Assembly (NCBI GenBank): GCA_040225955.1
Contig: JBECUL010000050.1
Location: 1 to 15,641, forward strand
Direction of reading: 5' to 3'
Origin: Candidatus Asgardarchaeum abyssi
Lineage (GTDB): Archaea > Asgardarchaeota > Asgardarchaeia > Asgardarchaeales > Asgardarchaeaceae
Length of the DNA: 15,641 bases
The position numbers and the translations under genes are program-made. Shown here piece after piece: positions 1 through 8,051 of the stretch. How positions within the stretch are numbered: position 1 is the stretch's first letter; each line of letters opens with the position of its first letter. The notes under the pieces are model-generated. The model was given only the letters and a program-made list of their open reading frames with translations, searched no databases and was not told where the DNA came from.

Positions 1-76
1 CCCGGTGGAGGATGGTCGAACCTCCCCGCCGGGGAATCTTAGGATTCCCCGCACTTTAGTGCGGGGAGGAGGTCAA
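1..76 (+). mobile_element. Right end of an IS200/IS605-family (TnpB/IS1341-like) element; the rest lies outside the window
   Basis: GC-rich island in AT-rich DNA. Subterminal hairpin TCCCCGCAC(46-54)-TTTA-GTGCGGGGA(59-67) is followed by GGAGGTCAA (ending at 76), the layout typical of IS605-group right ends. It joins abruptly to a truncated sfsA. The exact end (75 or 76) is ambiguous. Confidence 0.8.
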
Positions 77-92
77 TTTAAGGAGTACTTTA
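1..92 (+). ncRNA. Putative 3' portion of a TnpB omegaRNA/reRNA scaffold plus flanking guide segment
   Basis: Stems: 1-11 with 21-33 (bulged), 30-38 with 43-51, 46-54 with 59-67. TnpB omegaRNAs derive from the IS right end and use the next ~16-20 flanking nt as guide. tnpB is not in the window, so expression is inferred. Confidence 0.45.
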
Positions 93-244
93 TTACCAGG
101 AATCATTAGTTCCTTTAACCTACCCGGATCGCGAAGATGCGAATTCTCCATATTTCCATTTACTTCAACTTGTAAAACAAAACGATTTAGTCTCCTAATT
201 AACCTGCCAATAATTAGTCTTTCATTGATTTTCATAGGAATCAC
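77..244 (-). pseudogene. sfsA: DNA/RNA nuclease SfsA, N-terminal 56 codons, interrupted by the IS
   Basis: GRLIRRLNRF...HLRDPGRLKELMIPGNKVLL matches the SfsA N-terminal OB-fold signature (RxNRF...HxxxxGRxxEL.xPG). Full SfsA is over 200 aa. The last residues of the predicted ORF (LTSSPH*, 56-76) come from IS sequence. The GTG start overlaps the sufC stop (GTGA). Confidence 0.85.
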
Positions 245-996
245 GCTTTATTTTTTACACCTAAGTTGAATTTCTTAGCTAATGGACACTTTTCTACGTT
301 GAATCCACACTTTTTAATCCAGTTCCATATCTGGATGTAATTTCCTTTGCAGGCTATTGTGCCATTTATTAAAACGTAGGCATAATTGGGTTTTAATATA
401 TTAAGAAAATCAATCCTATGAGTGACAAATATGCCACTGCGATTATGTTTCATTATCCAATCCTTTATGAAATAAACCATTCTATAAAGAAGTTGAGCAT
501 CAAGTCCAGAGTCTAATTCATCAAAGATTGCAAGCTTTGGATTAAGAGTCATAATCTGTATAACTTCAGATACCTTCTTTTCCCCGCCCGAGAATCCGAT
601 ATTTACTTCTCTCTCCAGGATGTCTTTATGAAATCCTATTTCTCTGAGAAAGTCTTCTGGGTTTTTGTTTCCCAGCACTTCTAAAAGTTTTCTTAATAAA
701 ACATTTTTAATTCCAGGAGGATCTTGAAAGCAAAGGGCGATTCCTAATTTAACTCTATCTTCTATTGGTAATGATGTGATATCTTTCCCCTCAAATAGTA
801 TTTTCCCCTCCAAAACCTCATATTCTGGAAAGCCTAAAATTGTTTTTACTAAACTAGATTTACCAGAAGCGTTTGGACCTAACAGTGCAACGATCTCGTT
901 ACTTTTGATTTCTAAATTCACATTCCTTAGAACTATTTTATCCTCAATTTTTACTTTTAGGTTTTTAATTTTAAGCAAACTGAGCACCTCACTCAC
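241..996 (-). CDS. sufC: Fe-S cluster assembly ABC ATPase SufC (SmsC-type)
   Basis: Walker A GPNASGKSS, Q-loop FQDP, signature FSGGEKK, Walker B/D-loop IFDELDSGLD, H-loop VTH, Cys-containing C-terminus. Overlaps a SufB/D-family gene. True start may be a few codons downstream. Confidence 0.9.
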   Translation of the reverse strand: MSEVLSLLKIKNLKVKIEDKIVLRNVNLEIKSNEIVALLGPNASGKSSLVKTILGFPEYEVLEGKILFEGKDITSLPIEDRVKLGIALCFQDPPGIKNVLLRKLLEVLGNKNPEDFLREIGFHKDILEREVNIGFSGGEKKVSEVIQIMTLNPKLAIFDELDSGLDAQLLYRMVYFIKDWIMKHNRSGIFVTHRIDFLNILKPNYAYVLINGTIACKGNYIQIWNWIKKCGFNVEKCPLAKKFNLGVKNKA

Positions 997-1921
997 TCAT
1001 GAGAAATCCATTAACTATAAGATCTATTGCTTGTTCCTCCGTTAGACCACGAGATCTTAAATAATTTAAGACATCTGGAGTAATTCTTCCAATGGAAGCT
1101 TCATGTGTTAACATTGATGTTTTATTTTTACTCTCTAATTCTGGTATTAAATCTATTCTTGTATCGTTTGATAGAACTAAGCCTTGACAATCAAGATGAC
1201 CTCTAGTTTTATCTCCAACTGCGCTAATTCTACTAATTCCTACGACATCAGCTCCATTTCGACTAACGACTCTGAGCTTAATTATAGCATCTGAATGGGA
1301 GCCTATGAGTTCAAAATTTTCATTCATTCTAATTTTACTGTTATCACCTAATGTTGCTACTGTAACATTTGCAGAGGCATAATCATACAATCTTGCTTTC
1401 GTAAGAACGTAGAACTCTTTTGGACTTTCAAGGCTCCTATACTTATAAGTAAGTTTGGCATTTTTTCTTAACTCAAGGTTTAATACCATACTCACTAAAT
1501 CTCTCTTCCCCCATTTATGAATATGTTCATATACTACATTTGAGTTCTCCTTGATTATCATTTTTGTGAAATCCATATGTTTTCCAGCTAAATCGGGCAA
1601 CTCAGCCATACAAAGACCTTTAAAAGTTACATTAACATTTTTCTCTATTAAGATAAAATTTGTTAAGCGTTGACTAACTCCTCGACTTGCAATAAGAAAA
1701 CACGTGACTATTGGAAATCTTGGTGATTTTTTAACCCATAAGAAATAACCCTGACTTGGTTTTTTGATATACTCTCTCAGCCAGCTGTATTTTTCTTTAG
1801 CCTTTACGATAGGAAGAAGTTCAAAATCGGGCGCTTCTTTTATAGAGTAATCGTAATCTTTTTGTAGATATTGTGCTTCCTCCTTTATTTCACTTATTAT
1901 CTTCTTTTCAGAAACGGACAC
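989..1921 (-). CDS. sufB: SufB/SufD-family Fe-S scaffold protein (SmsB-type)
   Basis: C-terminal GHLDCQGL...IPELE...LTHEASIGRI...YLRSRGLTEEQAIDLIVNGFL is the SufBD signature. GGAGG lies 8 nt upstream of the GTG start. Confidence 0.88.
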   Translation of the reverse strand: MSVSEKKIISEIKEEAQYLQKDYDYSIKEAPDFELLPIVKAKEKYSWLREYIKKPSQGYFLWVKKSPRFPIVTCFLIASRGVSQRLTNFILIEKNVNVTFKGLCMAELPDLAGKHMDFTKMIIKENSNVVYEHIHKWGKRDLVSMVLNLELRKNAKLTYKYRSLESPKEFYVLTKARLYDYASANVTVATLGDNSKIRMNENFELIGSHSDAIIKLRVVSRNGADVVGISRISAVGDKTRGHLDCQGLVLSNDTRIDLIPELESKNKTSMLTHEASIGRITPDVLNYLRSRGLTEEQAIDLIVNGFLMSE

Positions 1922-2108
1922 ACCATAAACCTCCTGATGTCCATCCTAAGCTGAATTTTTGGAACCTTTGCAGAGAGATATTGATAAATTTCTTAATCCT
2001 TGTTGTTTCAAGGGGTAATAATTTTCAATTTGTCGCTCTTATTTTATCTCTTAGTATGTATGTTAGAAAAAGAAAATTGCTTAATAAAATATTTCAAATT
2101 TTAATATT

Positions 2109-3083
2109 TTAACTTCTGTCGGCAAATTTTTTCGTGATATAATGAAACGCACTATCAGCAGCTATAGCACCTTCAGCAGCTGCTGTTACAATTTGTCTAA
2201 GCTTATTAGATGCTGTAGTACAATCACCAGCTGCAAATATTCCAGGTATATTTGTACTTTGGTCAGGTCCTACCACCACATATCCCTCATCATCTGTTTT
2301 TATCCCAATTTTCTGGAAGAACTCTTTTGGTGGCTTTATTCCTATCGCAACAAAGAGACCATCAACTTTTAGGATTGTATCATCATCTAAAATTATCTCT
2401 TCAAGCTTATTATGCCCTCTTAGTTCCTTAATGGTATGTTTCAACACAAGTTCTATCTTTAGGTTTGATTTTATCCTATCAACATATATTGGCTCTGCTC
2501 TAAACTGATCTCGTCTATGTATCAAATAGACCTTCTCAGCATAATCTACTAAATGTAAGGCCTCCTTAACCGCAGTATCTCCTCCACCCACCACTGCTAC
2601 TATTTTTCCTTTAAAAAGAGGGGCATCACATGTTGCACAGTATGAAACTCCTCTTCCAAAAAATTCTTTTTCCCCTGGCACTCCTAGTTTTACCCTTTCT
2701 GCGCCTAATGTAAGAATTACTGCTTTCGTCTCCCATTCTCCGCTAAATGTTTTTACAATAACCATATCATCTTTTTTCTGAATATCTATTACTTCTTCAA
2801 TATATATGTCAACATCATAATATTTAACATGCTGAACAAACTTATTAACAAGGGCTTCACCTTCTATCTCTATAAATCCTGGGTAATTCTCTATAATGCC
2901 TGCTGTAGCAGTAGCCCCCCCTATATCTTTTGTAAGGATTATAGTATCCAGTTTATATCTTGCTGCATATATTGCAGCTGTTAAGCCCGCAACTCCAGCT
3001 CCAACAATAATGACATCATATTTTCTTTTTCCTTTTTTCTCCTTTCTTACGACAGGAGCCACAAGAGGTCCTAAGAGTGACAC
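2109..3083 (-). CDS. trxB: Thioredoxin-disulfide reductase
   Basis: FAD motif IIVGAGVAGLTAAIY, redox motif GVSYCATCD, NAD(P)H motif VVGGGDTA, HRRDQFRA, GIFAAGD. GGAGG upstream of the GTG start. Confidence 0.93.
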   Translation of the reverse strand: MSLLGPLVAPVVRKEKKGKRKYDVIIVGAGVAGLTAAIYAARYKLDTIILTKDIGGATATAGIIENYPGFIEIEGEALVNKFVQHVKYYDVDIYIEEVIDIQKKDDMVIVKTFSGEWETKAVILTLGAERVKLGVPGEKEFFGRGVSYCATCDAPLFKGKIVAVVGGGDTAVKEALHLVDYAEKVYLIHRRDQFRAEPIYVDRIKSNLKIELVLKHTIKELRGHNKLEEIILDDDTILKVDGLFVAIGIKPPKEFFQKIGIKTDDEGYVVVGPDQSTNIPGIFAAGDCTTASNKLRQIVTAAAEGAIAADSAFHYITKKFADRS

Positions 3084-3188
3084 ATGAAAAGCCTCCTTTA
3101 AGCTAGAATATGAAATTATAAAGAGTATCTCTTATGTTTTTCTTTATTTTTAAAATGATACCATTTAAGCTCCTATTACACTGTTATG

Positions 3189-3701
3189 CTAATTTATAAG
3201 CTTTACTCTTTTTAAAATTTTTAAAAGAATATCCACTATGTCATAAGCTGTTTTTTTGATAGGCGTTGACATTGTCTCCGAAAGTTCTATTCTATATGGC
3301 TGAATTCCGATAATAAATACTTCTGGCGTATATTCTAACCTTCTACTTATGTACTCTATAAGTAATGTAAGTGGAACATTATGTGTAGAAACTAACCTAT
3401 TTACAATATCAGTAATATTAAATACTTTAAACGTACCAGGTTTGCAATCAAAAAGAGCAGCATCTATAAAAAGTATATGAGTTGGTTTTTCTTGAATTAT
3501 CTTTTCAACAAAGCTTTCAGGTATCTCCTCGCAATTAAAAAGTGCAACTTTATCGTGCGTAAGGTTCTTTAATCTTTCACTTAAAAGGTCAACTATAAAA
3601 GGCCCTACGTAGTCATCCCCTTTCATTATATTGCCTACTCCACATATTACAAGCTTTTTGCAATTCTTTAATCGTTTTAATAATTCACTTTCAAAATCCA
3701 C
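3189..3701 (-). CDS. hycI: Hydrogenase maturation protease, HycI-like
   Basis: GVGNIMKGDDYVG, PE, FIDAA, STHNVPL and IGIQP motifs of peptidase A31. Confidence 0.88.
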   Translation of the reverse strand: MDFESELLKRLKNCKKLVICGVGNIMKGDDYVGPFIVDLLSERLKNLTHDKVALFNCEEIPESFVEKIIQEKPTHILFIDAALFDCKPGTFKVFNITDIVNRLVSTHNVPLTLLIEYISRRLEYTPEVFIIGIQPYRIELSETMSTPIKKTAYDIVDILLKILKRVKLIN

Positions 3702-3735
3702 TGTTCAGAACACCCCTAACTTATGTTTCCCATTA

Positions 3736-4353
3736 TTATGCGCATTTTAGTAAGTTCTTTATAATATCTTCTATCTCTAACCAATCATCAACTATAAAGT
3801 CTGCAGAGTCTAATTCGTTTCTTGAAAAGTTTGTTGTTATCGCTATGGATATTATCCTATTTACCTTAGCAGCGGCAACATCATTTGACGTATCCCCAAT
3901 AACAGCAACTATATCAAATTCCATTTTAAGCTCTGAGAAGACTCTTTTCTTAAAATCAAACTCCTTTTCATACTTTCTCTTTTTCATATAAAGCTCGCCA
4001 ATTGGATAACCATGCAATTTTAACCATTTTATAGTTATTCGTCTCATTTTTTCTGGTCTACCTGTTACATAGATAACTTTAAGTCCCATATCTTTGTGAA
4101 TGCGATTAATAACCTCTTTTGAGTTAGGAATAGGTTCATCCATTGGCACATATTTTGGGGATAAAAAAATATCGTAAATTTTTGATCTGATTCTTGGATT
4201 ATCTGAAACCTCCTTGATGATGTCATAGCTTCTTCTGATAAGAGAAATCTCATGTCCAATAACATCTTTTATACTCATTAGCAATCTTTTCTCATTGTTT
4301 GCAATTGTTCCATCCAAATCTATAATTATTGCTTTAGGTAAATCCATATTCAT
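3736..4353 (-). CDS. HAD-superfamily hydrolase (phosphatase)
   Basis: Motif I DLDGT, motif II VTGR, motif III Lys (FKK), motif IV IGDTSND. Confidence 0.85.
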   Translation of the reverse strand: MNMDLPKAIIIDLDGTIANNEKRLLMSIKDVIGHEISLIRRSYDIIKEVSDNPRIRSKIYDIFLSPKYVPMDEPIPNSKEVINRIHKDMGLKVIYVTGRPEKMRRITIKWLKLHGYPIGELYMKKRKYEKEFDFKKRVFSELKMEFDIVAVIGDTSNDVAAAKVNRIISIAITTNFSRNELDSADFIVDDWLEIEDIIKNLLKCA

Positions 4354-4438
4354 GACTCCTGCTTTATATGTAATATATAAATAAATTTTTAGGTATTAGC
4401 ATTATCAATATATTTTTGTTTGTAGCCCGCACTTGGTG

Positions 4439-5665
4439 ATGGTAAATGCGAAAAGTACAATTCTTCTTCTATTATGGATCTTACCTTCAATATCTATAAT
4501 TGGTTACTTAAACTCTATCCATGCGTCATCACAACAAGAATTTGAAAATCTCGTTATTAATATTTTATACAATTTATAATGATTATTCCTTATCATTAAG
4601 CAACGCTCTTAACCTATATCCTTGCTTTAGGGTAACAGAAGGGAATGATCTTCTCTTACTTAATGAATTGGAATTTGATGTACTAATTTTATTAGATATC
4701 CCTATTAACTCATCGGATGTGGATTTAATTAATGCGTTTCTAAATAAGGGTAGTGGCGTTATATATCTTTTTGGACCAAGAACTACACAACTTTCTGGCT
4801 TAGAAAAAACTAAATGTGACTCTTACTGATGTTTTTGATAAGAATTCAGAAGACGGCATAACAAACTCTATCGATAGTGAAAATCCCTTAACTATAAATA
4901 TCGCATGGAATTCCATCCCAGAGGCAAAAAATTATACCGTGATTTCTCAAAACTCCTTGGCATTAGGTGTCAATGTAATTCCTGAGGAGGCTACATATAA
5001 GCATCCTAAGCTTTTGAGAAAAACATAGGATTAAGTAAAATAAATAATAGTATATACAGTCTGGTTGACTTCGAATAACAATAAAGAAATAAAGTTATGG
5101 CCATATTTTAACTATTTTATTTACTCAAGGTTTTCTTTCAGGAATTTTCAGAGAGTTATTCACATGGTAGACAAGTCCTTACCGACTATTATGTTTCTCA
5201 AGGGCTTAAATGGTCTAACTTTTTCACTTTTTTGCTTGTGTCTTCCCTATCTGCTGTTAGAGCAAGATTCATTTTAGGCGCAGTGGGTCCAGATTGGGCA
5301 CTCGCAATGGTTCTTTTAGGATCCTTATTAATTTTTCAATTACTAGATCCGTATTCTTGGCTTGGCGATCAAATTCCTGCTGGTGTAGGCAGAACTAGAA
5401 GCCTTGCCGTAATATGGGCTATATAACAATCAATCCGTGCTATATTTCTTATACTTTTTATTCCAATGTACGGAATGGTTAGTGTTGTTTATGCATATAT
5501 TCTGGTTTTATCGTTAAAGACATAGGAGCTTGGATACTTATTAGAAAATATGTTGCTAAGCCAAAAATAAGCTCACTTCACAATAGGTATTCTGTAGATA
5601 TTTTTGATGAAGCTGTGTGTGAAGCAGAAGAATTAACAAAGGAGAAAAAGCACTTAAATATTAGC
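4439..5665 (+). pseudogene. Decayed gene for a signal-peptide-bearing multipass membrane protein, probably with a Wzx/MATE-like flippase portion
   Basis: ATG 4439 encodes a signal-peptide-like MVNAKSTILLLLWILPSISIIG (stop at 4579). Protein-like text continues across frameshifts: DVLILLD...GVIYLFGP / NPLTINIAWNSIPE / LWPYFNYFIY / SESYSHGRQVLTDYYVSQGLKWSNFFTF...GAVGPDW...WAI*QSIRAIFLILFIP...AYIL / IGAWILIRKYVAKPKI...LHNRYSVDIFDEAVCEAEELTKEKKHL. The family assignment is from recalled resemblance only; the end coordinate is approximate. Confidence 0.7.
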
Positions 5666-5694
5666 TTCCTCTATACCTTATTATTTCTATTTAA

Positions 5695-6879
5695 TTATCT
5701 TGTGATCCTTATTTCTTTCATTCTTTCAAAAGCTTTTTTACCAGGACCGCTACTAAAGTACTTATTTATAGGATCTAACTTTCTGATAAGCCATTCTGCA
5801 ACACCATTCTTCAAATCTAGTGGATGTAAAGCTCCTTTTTGGAAATCACTCTTTAGTTCATCGAAGCTCGTGTAATCCACTGGTCCGCCAAATTTAGCGG
5901 GTCTATCAATATGGAGTTCTCCATCGAGGGGGAATATTAATAATCTTGTAATGTCTATAATTGGGTTATATTCTATTTGCCTAGCTGGGCAATATGCACT
6001 CCTTATTTTATCTTTTATCTCCTCTGGAGAATCGTGAACAAAAATAGCACTTTTTGGCTTTGATTTGCTCATTTTTACGTCAATAAATATATCTTTAGCT
6101 GCTATGGAGTCTCCCTTGCTTTCCGCTTCTTTTATCATTCTCACATCATCATCACTTATTTGGAATCCAAGCAAGAGAGAATGGTGCAATGCTATTGGTT
6201 TTATTACTTTTTCTTCCCCATCAATCTCTGCTGTTAATTTATTAACTCTTATTTTTAGTGCTACTTCTCTAGCTATAACATGAGCTTTTCTTTGATCTAA
6301 TCCGGCATGTGCGATGTTAACTTGAAGGGTGAAAATATCTGCAACTTGCATAACGGGATATATTAGTTTGGCAAAATCAAGACTTTCTCCCATTTTTCTG
6401 CCCATTATAGTTATCGATCTTCTAACTCTTGATAGTGTGGTATGTTTTGCTACATCGATCACTGTCTCCCAATAGTGTGGATTTTCCTCATACAATTCAC
6501 TACCCAAAATAATATTTACTTTATCTGGATCTCCACCCATCGCTTTAACACTGAGTTTCATGGCTTCTGCGAAATAGTTTTTTGCAACCCACCTTATTGT
6601 TTCCATATCTCCTCCTAATTTATCATTTATCCAGCTATGCCAATCAGCTAGGAAAATTGTTGTTTCTACTCCTGCCTTTTGAAGATGCGCTATTTTTAGG
6701 CCACTAATCAATCCAGTTCCTAAGTGAACAAATCCCGATATTTCAAAACCTTGATAGTGTTTCAAAGGAATGCCATTTTCAATGTAATTATGAAGATCTT
6801 CTATTGTTAATATTTCCTCTGTAGGTGGTTTTTTGAATAATTCAATTTTCTTCTCTATGTCCAAGAAAAACACCACCAT
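5695..6879 (-). CDS. tyrS: Tyrosine--tRNA ligase, archaeal type
   Basis: YQGFEISGFVHLGT (HIGH-like), ADWHSWINDK, IYPVMQVADIF, GLDQRKAH, KMSKS, AYCP, LHPLDLK. The real start may be TTG at 6864. Confidence 0.96.
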   Translation of the reverse strand: MVVFFLDIEKKIELFKKPPTEEILTIEDLHNYIENGIPLKHYQGFEISGFVHLGTGLISGLKIAHLQKAGVETTIFLADWHSWINDKLGGDMETIRWVAKNYFAEAMKLSVKAMGGDPDKVNIILGSELYEENPHYWETVIDVAKHTTLSRVRRSITIMGRKMGESLDFAKLIYPVMQVADIFTLQVNIAHAGLDQRKAHVIAREVALKIRVNKLTAEIDGEEKVIKPIALHHSLLLGFQISDDDVRMIKEAESKGDSIAAKDIFIDVKMSKSKPKSAIFVHDSPEEIKDKIRSAYCPARQIEYNPIIDITRLLIFPLDGELHIDRPAKFGGPVDYTSFDELKSDFQKGALHPLDLKNGVAEWLIRKLDPINKYFSSGPGKKAFERMKEIRITR

Positions 6880-7323
6880 TACATATAGATTTTTGTACTA
6901 AACTTGATGTTGACGAAATTATAAATCTATCTATATGAAAATCGTTAGTAACTCTATTTATATAATCATGATTATTGTATTTCAATTCTTTCTGATATAT
7001 TAATTATTTATAGCAAGAAAAGCGAAAGTGCTCCATACGTATAAGAAGAATGTATTATACTTTATGAGCGCTAAAAATTTCCAATAGAATTAAAAATATG
7101 TACGATTATAACCTTAAATTTAATTAAGTGCTTTAGCATTATTAATAATAGCAGTTAATAGTTTTTGCATAAAATGTATAGCTTGGGAATAATACCATAT
7201 TTTGAGGGTAGTGCGTTTAGGAGTTATGTAGTTAAAATTATAATATGTTTTTCCTCAAATCTAATATAAAATAAAGGTGAATAATTAATAGCATACTATA
7301 GTTGTGTTAGTATACTCCTAAAA

Positions 7324-7638
7324 ATGATTTGGAGTTTGTTTAAGGTGGTTACTGTAAAGGTTCCTCCATTTAAATGTTTATTCTGTGAGTACCAATTTAC
7401 TGATATAACTGTTGAGTTAGAGAGAATTAAAAAGTTATATAGAGAAACTACTAGGCCTGTTCCTGTACCTGTGAAATGTCCTAATGGTCATGAGTTAGTT
7501 ATCTTTTTATATACTCAAGGAGATGAAATTAGGATTAGATCTATAATGCCAGCTGTTGGTTCTGCAGAAACTGATATTGATAAGAAAAAAGATGAAGAAA
7601 AAGAGAGGAAACCTCTTGATTGGTTTGAGGTGTGGTGA
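7324..7638 (+). CDS. Small Zn-finger protein (CxxC...CxxxH), first gene of the GTPase operon
   Basis: CLFC and CPNGH provide four candidate Zn ligands; charged tail. The stop codon is part of the GGTGA RBS of the next gene. Likely start is GTG 7345. Confidence 0.75.
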   Translation: MIWSLFKVVTVKVPPFKCLFCEYQFTDITVELERIKKLYRETTRPVPVPVKCPNGHELVIFLYTQGDEIRIRSIMPAVGSAETDIDKKKDEEKERKPLDWFEVW

Positions 7639-7643
7639 TTTAA

Positions 7644-8051
7644 GTGATTCATAAGGTAGTAGTTATTGAGGAAGATAAAGGGCTTCCTGTATTACAAATA
7701 GATAATAAAGATTCCAAATTTAAAATTAACATAGCAGATCTATCAGGTGTGATAGAAGCTATTAATGTGACAATAAAGTCTTTAGTTGATAGTCAGGAAA
7801 GAGTTCAAAAGATGAGTTTTAGAACATTTACTATTCTTGCTGAGAGGTGCAAAGAAAAGCCCTATACTGTCATCGTAATTGCTGATTCTGACAGCCGGGT
7901 TAATTATCAACGATTAAGACAAATGGTTGAGATTATAGATAAATCCACACACATAGACTCTGATGAAACTAAAGACAAACTCATTGAAATTTTGAGTGAA
8001 AAGACATTCCTTGAAGAGCTAAAGGATTGGGGTGAAAAATTGTGGACGTAA
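7644..8051 (+). CDS. Longin-like (longin/roadblock superfamily) domain protein
   Basis: beta-beta-alpha-beta-beta-beta-alpha pattern: MIHKVVVI / GLPVL / LSGVIEAINVTIKSL / VQKMSF / FTILAE / YTVIVIAD / YQRLRQMVEII. The GLP and SGxxxAI motifs resemble Asgard longins. GGTGA lies 5 nt before the GTG. Confidence 0.7.
   Translation: MIHKVVVIEEDKGLPVLQIDNKDSKFKINIADLSGVIEAINVTIKSLVDSQERVQKMSFRTFTILAERCKEKPYTVIVIADSDSRVNYQRLRQMVEIIDKSTHIDSDETKDKLIEILSEKTFLEELKDWGEKLWT

Noticed and set aside
1-76. tRNA or intrinsic terminator
   Set aside because: No cloverleaf or TTCRA T-loop can be built and there is no U-tract; an IS605-type right end fits better.
776-3087. Plus-strand ORFs 776-1045, 1873-2112, 2142-2372, 2896-3087
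   Set aside because: Antisense shadows of sufC/sufB/trxB or AT-rich spacer, with no motifs.
4065-4265. 66-aa minus-strand ORF
   Set aside because: Out-of-frame overlap inside the HAD gene; no recognisable features.
4521-5426. Four independent small genes
   Set aside because: Better explained as fragments of one pseudogene.
5615-6283. ORFs 5615-5875 and 6065-6283 as genes
   Set aside because: Mostly antisense to tyrS; only the first ~16 codons of 5615-5875 look like the tail of the pseudogene.
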